A DNA stretch of 64,000 nt from Chloroflexota bacterium (GTDB lineage: Bacteria; Chloroflexota; Dehalococcoidia; SM23-28-2; RBG-16-64-32), in contig DAINDD010000002.1 of the NCBI GenBank assembly GCA_036732045.1, forward strand, positions 16,089-80,088. The letters are read 5' to 3'. A program made the translations under genes and the position numbers. Below, piece after piece: positions 18,728 through 27,358 of this stretch; position 1 is the first letter of the stretch, and every line of letters begins with the position of its first letter. The notes beneath the pieces are model-generated. The model was given only the letters and a program-made list of their open reading frames with translations, had not been told where the DNA came from and did not search any database.

Positions 18728-20733
18728 TGATCAAGTCCGCGTTCGGCGCTGCCAGCGATCTGCTCCGGCTCCTGCAGTCGGCGCGAGTGCGGCGCTACCT
18801 GGCGCTCACGTTCTTCGTCGATGCAGGGCTCGTCTTCGTCCTGCTTGTCGCCATCCAGTCCTACCTCCCGGAGCAGTACGGAGCCAGCGAGGCGCTCGCC
18901 GGCTACGTGCTGGCTGCGTACGGCGCAGCGAAGCTCGCAGGGCAGCTCGGCGCCGGCTGGGTGATCGACCGCGTCGGCCCGAGGCGGGGCCTGATCGCTG
19001 GACTTTGCCTGACGGGCGCAGGCCAGGCCACGATGATTCTCGGCATCGTGCAGCCGGAGGCGGTAATACCGGCGGCGCTTCTCTACGGCCTTGGTGGTGC
19101 GATGATCTGGCCGTCGGCCTACGCGCTGGCAGCTGGAGAGTTCGAGGAGAGTGAACGGGCGCGGCTCAGCGCGGGCATGACGGTAACGACGGGCGTTGCT
19201 CTGGCGACGGCGCTGTGCCTCGGCCTGGCGCTGCCGGCGAGCTTCCCGTACGCCGCGGCGATCGCAGTCTGCGTCGCTTGCACGGTTGGTGCTCTGGCGG
19301 CTGCGCGCAGCTTCCCGGCCGCCGCCGCGCGGGCCGACGAGGCGACGCGTGACGCTCGCCGCCAGCTTCTCGAATCAATCCGGGACATCGTTTCTGCGCG
19401 GCGGGTCGCTTTCTCGCTGATCATTCTCTTGCAGGCGGCCATCCTCGGCGCGCTGCTGGCGATCTTCCGCAGCTACGGCCGGGAGACGCTGCAGGTTTCG
19501 CTGCGAGAAGAGATGCTGATGCTGCTGCCCGCCGGGGCGATCGGCGCTGGGGCGGTTGTACTTGGCGGCCTGCTGGCTGACCGCTTCGGCCGCATACCTG
19601 TTCTGGGCAGCGGCTACCTGCTAGCCACGTTCTCGATTTGGGGACTCTCCACGACCACCGATCACAGCGCCGTTGTACCGCTGGCCGCTCTCTGCGCCGC
19701 CGGGCTCGGCCTCGCCTTGCCGTGTACGAGCGCGCTTTCGCTCGACCTTTCGCGGAGCGCCGGCACGGGCACGTTGCTTGGTTGGTTCCTGACGATGGAG
19801 GGCGCCGGACACGTGATCGGACCGGCCGCCGGAGCTTGGGTGAACCACAAGGGCGGCTCCGCGCCGGTGTTCTGGCTCGTTGGTGGACTCGCGGCGGCGA
19901 TCGCCGCCGTCGCACTCGTGCCGCCGATCTGGGCGCGGCGGCCCGACGTGGAGCCTGTACGCCATCGTCTTCGGGCGCTGCTCTCTGGCACCGCGAAGGG
20001 AGCGCTTGTCTTCAGTCTTGGCTTCCCGGTAATTGCGACGTACTTTGCGTGGGACCCTGGCTCGCAGCTCTACGGTGACATAATCACGCACGGTCCACGT
20101 GACCGCATGGAGGTCGCCATCACGTTCGATGACGGGCCGAACGACCCCTGGACGCTACGCATCGCCGACAAGCTCGACCAGTACAGCGTGAGAGGCACCT
20201 TCTTCATCGTCGGCCAGAATGCCGACGTCCATCCGGAGATCGTGCGGAACCTGGCGCAGCGCGGCGAGTTGATTGGCAACCACTCGTACCGGCACCGCAA
20301 ATCGGACGCCGTGACCCAGCTTGGCTACGGGGAGCTGTGGCGGGCCGAGACCGCTATCGCGCATGCAGCGGGCGTCTGCCCGGCCATTTACCGCCCTCCC
20401 AACGGCTTCCATACGCCGTGGCAGCTGCACACGGTGGCGAGGCACGGGATGAAGACGGTGACCTGGGACGTAATACCGCGTGACTGGAAAGACCCGCCGT
20501 CCGACGTGATCGTTAGCCGGGTGCTCGATTCGGTGCAGCCAGGTTCGATCATCCTCTTGCACGACGGCGACGACACGAACCAGGGCACTGACCGCTCGGC
20601 CACGCTGAACGCACTGCCCGGCATCATCGAAGGCCTGCGCGCCAAGGGCTACGACATCGTGCGACTCGATCAGTTGTTGTCCATCCAACCGTACTTGCCG
20701 ACGTGCGACGGATTGCAGGCGGTAAACTCATGA
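18715..20733 (+). CDS. MFS transporter fused to a CE4 (NodB-homology) polysaccharide deacetylase domain
   Basis: About 12 TM MFS N-terminal portion. C-terminus has NodB motifs TFDDGP, GNHSYRH, and ILLHDG. Confidence 0.8.
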   Translation: MFALMIKSAFGAASDLLRLLQSARVRRYLALTFFVDAGLVFVLLVAIQSYLPEQYGASEALAGYVLAAYGAAKLAGQLGAGWVIDRVGPRRGLIAGLCLTGAGQATMILGIVQPEAVIPAALLYGLGGAMIWPSAYALAAGEFEESERARLSAGMTVTTGVALATALCLGLALPASFPYAAAIAVCVACTVGALAAARSFPAAAARADEATRDARRQLLESIRDIVSARRVAFSLIILLQAAILGALLAIFRSYGRETLQVSLREEMLMLLPAGAIGAGAVVLGGLLADRFGRIPVLGSGYLLATFSIWGLSTTTDHSAVVPLAALCAAGLGLALPCTSALSLDLSRSAGTGTLLGWFLTMEGAGHVIGPAAGAWVNHKGGSAPVFWLVGGLAAAIAAVALVPPIWARRPDVEPVRHRLRALLSGTAKGALVFSLGFPVIATYFAWDPGSQLYGDIITHGPRDRMEVAITFDDGPNDPWTLRIADKLDQYSVRGTFFIVGQNADVHPEIVRNLAQRGELIGNHSYRHRKSDAVTQLGYGELWRAETAIAHAAGVCPAIYRPPNGFHTPWQLHTVARHGMKTVTWDVIPRDWKDPPSDVIVSRVLDSVQPGSIILLHDGDDTNQGTDRSATLNALPGIIEGLRAKGYDIVRLDQLLSIQPYLPTCDGLQAVNS

Positions 20734-21641
20734 GCCGCCGAGTGCTCGTAACGGGCGGCGCAGGGTTCATCGGCTCGCACGTCGCCCAGAGGCTGTACTC
20801 GCTCGGCTGGGATACGCACGTGTTAGACAGCCTGGCGACCGGTGATCGCGCCAACGTCCCGGCCGGCGTGCCGCTGCACATTGCGGACATCCGGGCCGAA
20901 GGAGAACTGCTGGCGGTCCTCCGCACAGGCTACGACGCGATCGTGCACTGCGCGGCCCAGACGAGCGTTGAGCGCTCGATGAAGGATCCCGAATTCGACC
21001 GCGAGGTAAATGTTACCGGTACCCGTCACCTGCTCGTAGCCGCGCGCGAGACCGGCGTCGGTCGCTTCGTGTTCATCTCGTCTGGAGGCGCGATTTACGG
21101 CGAGACTGCGGAGCCCGCTACGGAGGCCAGCGTCCCGGCGCCGCGCAGCTTCTATGGAATGCACAAGTACGTGGCCGAGGAGTTCGCGCGCGCAGCGGGT
21201 GTTCCGTTCGCGATCCTGCGCCCGTCCAACGTCTACGGCGCGCGCCAGCGTTCAGACGCCGAGGGTGGGGTTCTGTCGATCTTCCGCGAGAGTCTTATGG
21301 CCGGTCTGCCGATCGAGCTCCACGGCGACGGTCGGCAGGTACGCGACTTCGTCTATGTGGACGACATCGTCGATGCGGTCGTCCTCGCGGCAGACACACA
21401 GGCGGACGTGATCTGGAACGTCTGCAGCGGCGTCGCGACGACGGTCAGTGAAGCCGCGCGCATCATCGGCGCGGAAATCGGCTGCGATCCGGTCATAGAG
21501 CGGAAGCCGCGCCGGGCGGGGGACATCGACAAGTCGCTGCTCAGCCCGGCCCGCATCCTCGCGACCGACGCTTGGGGGCCGCCCGTTGCCCTCGACGCGG
21601 GGCTGCGACGGCTCGCTGCGGACGCTTCCGCCGTTGGTTAG
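20730..21641 (+). CDS. NAD-dependent epimerase/dehydratase (UDP-sugar 4-epimerase-like)
   Basis: VLVTGGAGFIGSHV, YGMHKY (YxxxK). ATG overlaps the upstream stop (ATGA). Confidence 0.85.
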   Translation: MSRRVLVTGGAGFIGSHVAQRLYSLGWDTHVLDSLATGDRANVPAGVPLHIADIRAEGELLAVLRTGYDAIVHCAAQTSVERSMKDPEFDREVNVTGTRHLLVAARETGVGRFVFISSGGAIYGETAEPATEASVPAPRSFYGMHKYVAEEFARAAGVPFAILRPSNVYGARQRSDAEGGVLSIFRESLMAGLPIELHGDGRQVRDFVYVDDIVDAVVLAADTQADVIWNVCSGVATTVSEAARIIGAEIGCDPVIERKPRRAGDIDKSLLSPARILATDAWGPPVALDAGLRRLAADASAVG

Positions 21642-22536
21642 CTAACGGCTGGCAGCGGACTTAGCCAATCTGCCAGCAGCGCGATCACGGCCAGCATTGT
21701 CGCCAGCCAGTGCACCCGCCGGATGTCGGCCCGGTCGCTGATTGATCGCCGCGACGAGTAGCGCAACCGACAGCGCGGAGAGCAGGCCGGGTGACCCACA
21801 GGAGGGCCACAACGCCAGCGCCAGCAGGTAACCCCACGGCAAGCGACGCCCAGCAGAGCAGCCGCGCCAGGGTCTCGCCGAGAGATGCCACCAGTCCCCG
21901 CGCGCCGAGCTGGCGGTCGCTCTCGATATCGATCATCGTGCCAGCGAGGTCGACGGATACGACGAGCGGCAGGCCGATGACGTAGGCTAGGCAGTAGCTG
22001 CGACCGATACTGGTGGACGAGCTCGAATGCGGCGATGGCCAGCGATGGGCAGGGCGAACCCAGAACGGAAGCCAGACGAAAGCTGTGCCCTTCAGCCGAG
22101 CGTTAGAGGCGAAGCCACGCGGGTGCCGACCGCTCCAAGTGCGACGAGGCGTGGCCCGAGCGGTAGCGCCAGCGCCAGCCCCAGGCCGGTCAAGACCAGT
22201 GCGAGCTCCAGGGCGAAGGGGGGCTGACGAGGCCGGGCGGGTAGCGCTTGCCATGGCATGGCGATGGCGTCGAGACGGCGGCCACAGTAGTCGTTGTGGA
22301 CGCCGATCGCCATCTGCGTGGCCAGCACGGCGAGCAGGTAGGGCGCGAGCTGGCCAGCGGGCGCCGCCATCGGCCGCTATGGTCGCGAAGGCCGTCGTCG
22401 CGAGCAGGACCATCAGGATCGGCGGCAGTGGGAACAGCTCGACGAAAGCGCGAAGGGCATATGTAGCTGGCACCGGCTGGAGGCGATGTACGTCGGTACC
22501 GCTGGATGGACGCATCGCAGCACTCTTCCGCCGCAT
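21642..22536 (-). pseudogene. UbiA-family polyprenyltransferase, disrupted by frameshifts
   Basis: The NDxxDxxxD-type motif (HNDYCGRRLDAI...PWQALP), a downstream DxxGDRAAG-like motif, and a TM-rich N-terminus lie in different reading frames (ORF-track pieces 22092-22370, 21642-21842 and 21685-22536). Confidence 0.4.
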
Positions 22537-22753
22537 TCTATGCCCGGATGAGCGCTTCGGACCATGGCCTCGATGATCGGCGGCCCCGGACGTCCTTCGA
22601 GCAACGTGAGGCTAGCTACTGGCGCCTGGTCGTCGCGAAACCCACGATCGGCAGGCCGAACCGGTTGACCACATGCGGCCCACCCAGGCCTATCGACGCA
22701 GCGAATGCGCGCGACCATACTTTCCAGAGAGACCGTCGCAAAGGGGAGGAACC

Positions 22754-23178
22754 GTGTCACTACACGCGGTGAACGTAAAGCTGCGCCATCAGCGCATCCT
22801 GGGCCAGAAGGCGGTCGATGAATTCACCAACGCCTTCGGGACGTGCACGAACATCATCCAGACCGTCGTCATCATTGTCTGGACGGCGACAAATGCGATT
22901 GGGATCATCTATAACTGGGATCCATACCCATTCATCCTCCTGAACCTCGGCTTCGGCGCGCAGGCCTCTTACGCGGCGCCGCTGATCCTGATGGCCTCCA
23001 ACCGCTCCGCCGAGTAGGACCGGATGACGCTGGAGCACGATTCCGAAGAGGTGGATGCGATCCTCCAGATCCAGGACCGCCAGATCGAGCTTCTGAAGCG
23101 ATCAAGGCCGAGACGGACCTTGTCAAGCAGCTCGTGGACCAGGCGACTAAACCCGCCTCAGACGCACAGCCCCGCTAG
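22754..23178 (+). pseudogene. DUF1003-family membrane protein with an in-frame TAG and a C-terminal frameshift
   Basis: WDPYPFILLNL...APLILMASNRSAE then TAG (23015-17), then in frame DRMTLEHDSEEVDAILQIQD. The coiled-coil tail (IKAETDLVKQLVDQ...) is in another frame. AGGGGAGG RBS before a GTG start. Confidence 0.5.
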
Positions 23179-23331
23179 GCGCTTCGTTGACAGCGTGCGG
23201 CCACAGACCTACGCTCGCCGTGATTTACCTCCCGCAGACGAGGGAATGATCTGAAAGCGGTCGGGGCGCGAACTAACTTCCATGATGATGACGGCATCGC
23301 AGCCGGCCTTCGACGCCGCGATCCGCTGGCC

Positions 23332-23823
23332 ATGGAAGCGCTATACGATCGTCTGAGCCGCCAGGCGTTTGGCCTGGCGTACCGGATGCTTGGCGATAGC
23401 CAGTCGGCCGAGGACGTAGTCCAGGACGCGTTTCTTTCGGTTTGGCGCGCGGTTGAGCGGATCGACGCCTCGCGCGGCAAGCTCCAGTCGTACGTCCTGA
23501 CTGTCGTACACCGCCGCGCGATCGACGTGCTGCGCGCCCGCAAGGCGCCGGTCGTGCAGTTGGGAGCCGACGACGCCCCGGACATTCGCGACGAACGGAG
23601 CGACGTTCTGGAGACGGTTACCATGGTGCTCGACGCGCAGGCCGTTCGCAATGCGCTGGGTGCCTTGCCCAAGGAACAGCGAAGGGTGGTGGAGATGGCG
23701 TACTTCCAGGGCCTGACGCACGTCGAAATCGCCGAAGGGTTAGCGCTTCCGCTCGGCACCGTGAAGAGCAGGCTGAGACTGGCTCTGGATAAGATCCGCG
23801 CCGCTCTGTCTGACCGGATATGA
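23332..23823 (+). CDS. ECF (sigma-70 family) RNA polymerase sigma factor
   Basis: Region 2 (AEDVVQDAFLSVW) and region 4 (VEMAYFQGLTHVEIAEGLALPLGTVKSR) motifs. Confidence 0.85.
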   Translation: MEALYDRLSRQAFGLAYRMLGDSQSAEDVVQDAFLSVWRAVERIDASRGKLQSYVLTVVHRRAIDVLRARKAPVVQLGADDAPDIRDERSDVLETVTMVLDAQAVRNALGALPKEQRRVVEMAYFQGLTHVEIAEGLALPLGTVKSRLRLALDKIRAALSDRI

Positions 23824-23826
23824 ACG

Positions 23827-24528
23827 ATGAGCTGCGAAGAGATCGACGAGCTGGCCGGCGCCTACGCGTTCGGGGCACTGCCCGATGCGCAACGCGCCGC
23901 AGTGGCCGCGCACCTCGCCTCCTGCGAGCGCCACCCGGAGATGCGGGAGCTCGAGGCTTTAGCCGCGAGCCTCGCGCTGGCCGCCGAAGAAATGGAGCCG
24001 CCGCCTGCGCTCGAGTCGCGGCTGATGGAGGCAATCCAGGCGGACAGGCGCGCCTCACAGTCCGCAACCTGCATTCTGATCTCGGTCCAAGGCAGCTTGT
24101 TCGATACGATTCGTGGCTGGTTCGCGAGTCCACCGTTGGGCTACGGATTGTCGGCCGCCCTGGCCGTTGCCGTTGTGGGCTTGCTGGCCTGGAACATCAG
24201 CCTGCAGGGCGGGTCTGCGGACCAGGTCGTCGTCAACGTGTCCGGCTCGGCATCCGGGCGCGTCATCTACCTGAAGGACGAGGGGCTGGCGGTGATGGAC
24301 GTGCGCGGCCTACCGGCCCTGCCCTCCGGCAAAGTTTACGAAGTCTGGTCGATGTCCTCCGGAAAGGCGACGCGCCTTGGCCTGCTGAACACCACCGCGA
24401 GCGGGGAGGCGAGCGCCTCGATGCCGTTCAACGATTCCGGCGTGAACCTGGTCGCCGTGACGGTGGAGCAGGCGCCGGGCGTCGACCAGCCGACGACCTC
24501 GCCGGTCTTCAGCGCCGCCTTCTCGTAA
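23827..24528 (+). CDS. anti-sigma factor (RskA/ChrR-like zinc-finger anti-sigma with one TM)
   Basis: Directly after the sigma gene. N-terminus ELAGAYAFGALPD...HLASCERH, a single TM, and an extracytoplasmic C-terminal domain. Confidence 0.75.
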   Translation: MSCEEIDELAGAYAFGALPDAQRAAVAAHLASCERHPEMRELEALAASLALAAEEMEPPPALESRLMEAIQADRRASQSATCILISVQGSLFDTIRGWFASPPLGYGLSAALAVAVVGLLAWNISLQGGSADQVVVNVSGSASGRVIYLKDEGLAVMDVRGLPALPSGKVYEVWSMSSGKATRLGLLNTTASGEASASMPFNDSGVNLVAVTVEQAPGVDQPTTSPVFSAAFS

Positions 24529-24680
24529 GGCGCCGCGGCCTCGCGACTGCTTTTCGCCAGTCGTTTGCAATATTCTTCACGCGCTGGTGATCTAGCGGCT
24601 GCATCTTCACGAAATACAAGCTGAAGATGCGGCCACGGCAACTGCCGTTGAGCCGGGAAACACCATAAGGAGGAGACTTT

Positions 24681-25988
24681 ATGTCCCTACTCACACGCAA
24701 CACCCGTGCCTTGACCACGGCGTTGTTCTTGTCCCTGGCAGTGCTCCTCGGCAGCACTGCTCTGCTGGCCCTGAACACCGTTCATGGCTCGGACCATCGG
24801 GATGGCCCAGCGACGACCGCGAACTCGCAGCTGGACATCACCGACCTCTACGCGTTCCGGAGCCCGACCAATAACGACGATCTGGTCGTGGCCCTGGGCG
24901 TGAATGGCCTGGTGACCCCGGACCAGAACGGCAACGTCAAGTTCAGCTCGACGGGGTCGTACACGATCCATGTCGACAACAACGTTGACTTCGTGGACAA
25001 AGCTACGGTCAAGGTCACCTTCGACAACAGCACGCCGCAGAAGTTCACAATCGCCGGACTGTCAGGTGGCTCGATCACCGGCGCCGTCACGGCACCCGGC
25101 GCGACGCCGAACATCGTGACGTCCGGCGGCATCAAGGCGTTTGCCGGCCTGCGCGACGACCCGTTCTTCTTCGACCTCACCGCCTTCAAGAAGTTTGTCG
25201 CCGGACCGTACGTGCCTGCGGCCGGACTCCGCGCGGCGGCTGACGGTGCGCCTGCGGACACCTTCGCCGGAACGAACGTACTGTACATGGCGCTCGAGTT
25301 CCCGATCACGGCGCTCACGGGCGGGACGGCGTCGAACACTGGCACGATCAGGGCCTGGGCCTCGACCGACACGGGCAGCGGCCAGTTGGACCGCGTCGGC
25401 ATCCCGGCCCTCAACACGGCGCTCGTCCACGGGGACGCTGCCAAAGACACCTACAACAAGGGCACTCCAGCGACCGACGTGGCCAACAACCTGGCCAACG
25501 CACAGACGTCCATCCAAGGACTGCGTGACGCGGTTGACCCGGTGCTCAACGGCCCTGTTGGGTCAGAGGACAACGGCCCGCTGGGCAACCTGACCTCGGC
25601 GCAGGTGGCGGGGGCATTGACCCCGGACATCGTAACTATCGACTTCTCCAAGCCCGTCGCTTTCCCCAATGGCCGGCAGCTGACAGACGATGTGATCGAC
25701 ACGGCTCTCCAGCTGATCCTCAACCGCAAGGCGGGCATCACCGACGGCATCAACGCCAACGACAAGACCTTCGGCACGACGTTCCCGTTCCTGGCTGACC
25801 CGTTCCTCCCTGCCGCGGCGACGGCGAGCGCCAGCCCAACGGTAACGCCCGGCAACCTGCCGAATACTGGTGGCGACCCGGGGAGCAGCAGTACAAACAT
25901 GCTGCTTGAGATGGCGATGATCGCAGCCGGAGTAATGCTGATAGTGTCTGGCGGCAGCCTGATCGTGGCCCGCCGAGGCAACCGCTAA
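24681..25988 (+). CDS. secreted DUF4331-family protein with a C-terminal LPXTG sortase anchor
   Basis: Signal peptide. DUF4331 N-terminal signature SDHRDGP...DITDLYAF. C-terminus LPNTGG + hydrophobic segment + RRGNR. Confidence 0.8.
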   Translation: MSLLTRNTRALTTALFLSLAVLLGSTALLALNTVHGSDHRDGPATTANSQLDITDLYAFRSPTNNDDLVVALGVNGLVTPDQNGNVKFSSTGSYTIHVDNNVDFVDKATVKVTFDNSTPQKFTIAGLSGGSITGAVTAPGATPNIVTSGGIKAFAGLRDDPFFFDLTAFKKFVAGPYVPAAGLRAAADGAPADTFAGTNVLYMALEFPITALTGGTASNTGTIRAWASTDTGSGQLDRVGIPALNTALVHGDAAKDTYNKGTPATDVANNLANAQTSIQGLRDAVDPVLNGPVGSEDNGPLGNLTSAQVAGALTPDIVTIDFSKPVAFPNGRQLTDDVIDTALQLILNRKAGITDGINANDKTFGTTFPFLADPFLPAAATASASPTVTPGNLPNTGGDPGSSSTNMLLEMAMIAAGVMLIVSGGSLIVARRGNR

Positions 25989-26017
25989 CCAACTGAACCA
26001 ATAGAAGGGACCGAGAG

Positions 26018-27358
26018 ATGAGAGTAGCGACGACCTGGAAACCGGGGCGAAGCCTGAGCGGACTCGCCTTGGCCCTCATCGGCGGAGCGCTGATCGCGTT
26101 CTCCATCGCTCGGATAGTGGCGAACGGCGGCGGCGGCTCCAGCAGCCCCGCCGCCGGCTCCGCCGCCGACCCGTACGCAGCGACCAGCGCGACCATCGCG
26201 TTCTGGGAAGCGCGCGTCCACTCCGACCCCGCCGACTTCACTGCCTACAACCACCTCGCCGAAGGCTATGTGCAGCGCGGCCGAGAGACTGGGGACGTCG
26301 GCGACTACACTCGCGCAGAGGCCGCCGTCGATGGCTCGCTAGCGTCGATCCCCGGCGAAAACTACACCGCCTACGCGCTCAAGGCCTATCTGCAGAACGT
26401 CCGGCACGACTTCACAAACTCGATGGCCACGGCACTCCACGCGGAGACGCTAAACTCGGCCGACCCGTACGCGTCGTCGGTTGTCGGCGACGACCAGGTC
26501 GCGCTCGGCCAGTACGACGCGGCTTTCCAGACGTACTCAGCGCTCGTTCAGAGCTCGCCCGATCTTTCGACGTTCAGCCGGATGGCGTTGATCTACGAGA
26601 TCCGCGGCGACCTCCCGAACGCCGAAAGCGCCTGGAAGAACGCGCTCGCGAATGACGCTGGCGGCAACCCAGAGAGCACGGCCTGGGCGCACACGCAGTA
26701 CGGCACGTTCCTATTCAACCGGAATCGCATCGACGAGGCGGACACGCAGTATGCCGAGGCCCTCAAGGCTTACCCAACCTACATTCACGCGCTGGCGGGT
26801 CAGGCCAGCGTCGCGGCGGCGCGGGGCGACTACGACCGCTCGATCGGCCTCTACACCCAGGTAACCGAGCGCCAGCCGCTACCGCAGTACGTCGCGGCAC
26901 TCGGCGACGTCTACGCTGTTGCGGGCAAGCAAACCCAAGCGGACCGCCAGTACGCGCTGATCGGCGCGATCGGACAGCTTTACCAGGCCAACGGAATCAA
27001 CGTTGACCTGCAGATGTCGCTCTTCTTCGCGGATCACGACAAGAGCATCAGCAATGCCGTGCAGCAGGCGCTGGCCGTGCGCCAGGCCCAGCCCGGCAGC
27101 ATCTACACGGCGGACGCCGTCGCCTGGGCCCTGTACAAAGCCGGCCAGTACGACCAGGCGCTTCTCTATGCGAACACCGCGCTGGCGGTGGGAACGCAAG
27201 ACGCGAGCCTCTTCTACCACGCCGGCATGATTCAGAAGGCGCTCGGCAACAAAGCCGCGGCGCAGGACGACCTGCAGAAGGCGATCGCGATCAACTCGCA
27301 CTTCTCGCCGCTGCAGGCGCCGATCGCGCAGCAGGCACTTTCGGAGCTGGCTGGATGA
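26018..27358 (+). CDS. TPR-repeat protein with an N-terminal membrane anchor
   Basis: N-terminal TM, then multiple TPR-like repeats (AxxxYxxAL...). Confidence 0.75.
   Translation: MRVATTWKPGRSLSGLALALIGGALIAFSIARIVANGGGGSSSPAAGSAADPYAATSATIAFWEARVHSDPADFTAYNHLAEGYVQRGRETGDVGDYTRAEAAVDGSLASIPGENYTAYALKAYLQNVRHDFTNSMATALHAETLNSADPYASSVVGDDQVALGQYDAAFQTYSALVQSSPDLSTFSRMALIYEIRGDLPNAESAWKNALANDAGGNPESTAWAHTQYGTFLFNRNRIDEADTQYAEALKAYPTYIHALAGQASVAAARGDYDRSIGLYTQVTERQPLPQYVAALGDVYAVAGKQTQADRQYALIGAIGQLYQANGINVDLQMSLFFADHDKSISNAVQQALAVRQAQPGSIYTADAVAWALYKAGQYDQALLYANTALAVGTQDASLFYHAGMIQKALGNKAAAQDDLQKAIAINSHFSPLQAPIAQQALSELAG

Noticed and set aside
21685-22536. 283-aa minus-strand ORF as a genuine protein
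   Set aside because: Most of its translation is Arg/Pro/Ala-rich nonsense. Only the N-terminal part plausibly belongs to the frameshifted UbiA-like gene. Treated as a pseudogene fragment, not a CDS.
22754-23178. Programmed stop-codon readthrough or recoding in the DUF1003 gene
   Set aside because: The in-frame TAG is accompanied by a second lesion (terminal frameshift), and the neighbouring UbiA gene is also broken. Decay or sequence error is more parsimonious than recoding.
24681-25988. Treating the DUF4331 protein as a known adhesin or S-layer protein
   Set aside because: Only the N-terminal DUF4331 signature and the LPXTG anchor are recognizable. There are no adhesin repeats (Ig-like, Cna-B, SLH), so it is left as a domain of unknown function.
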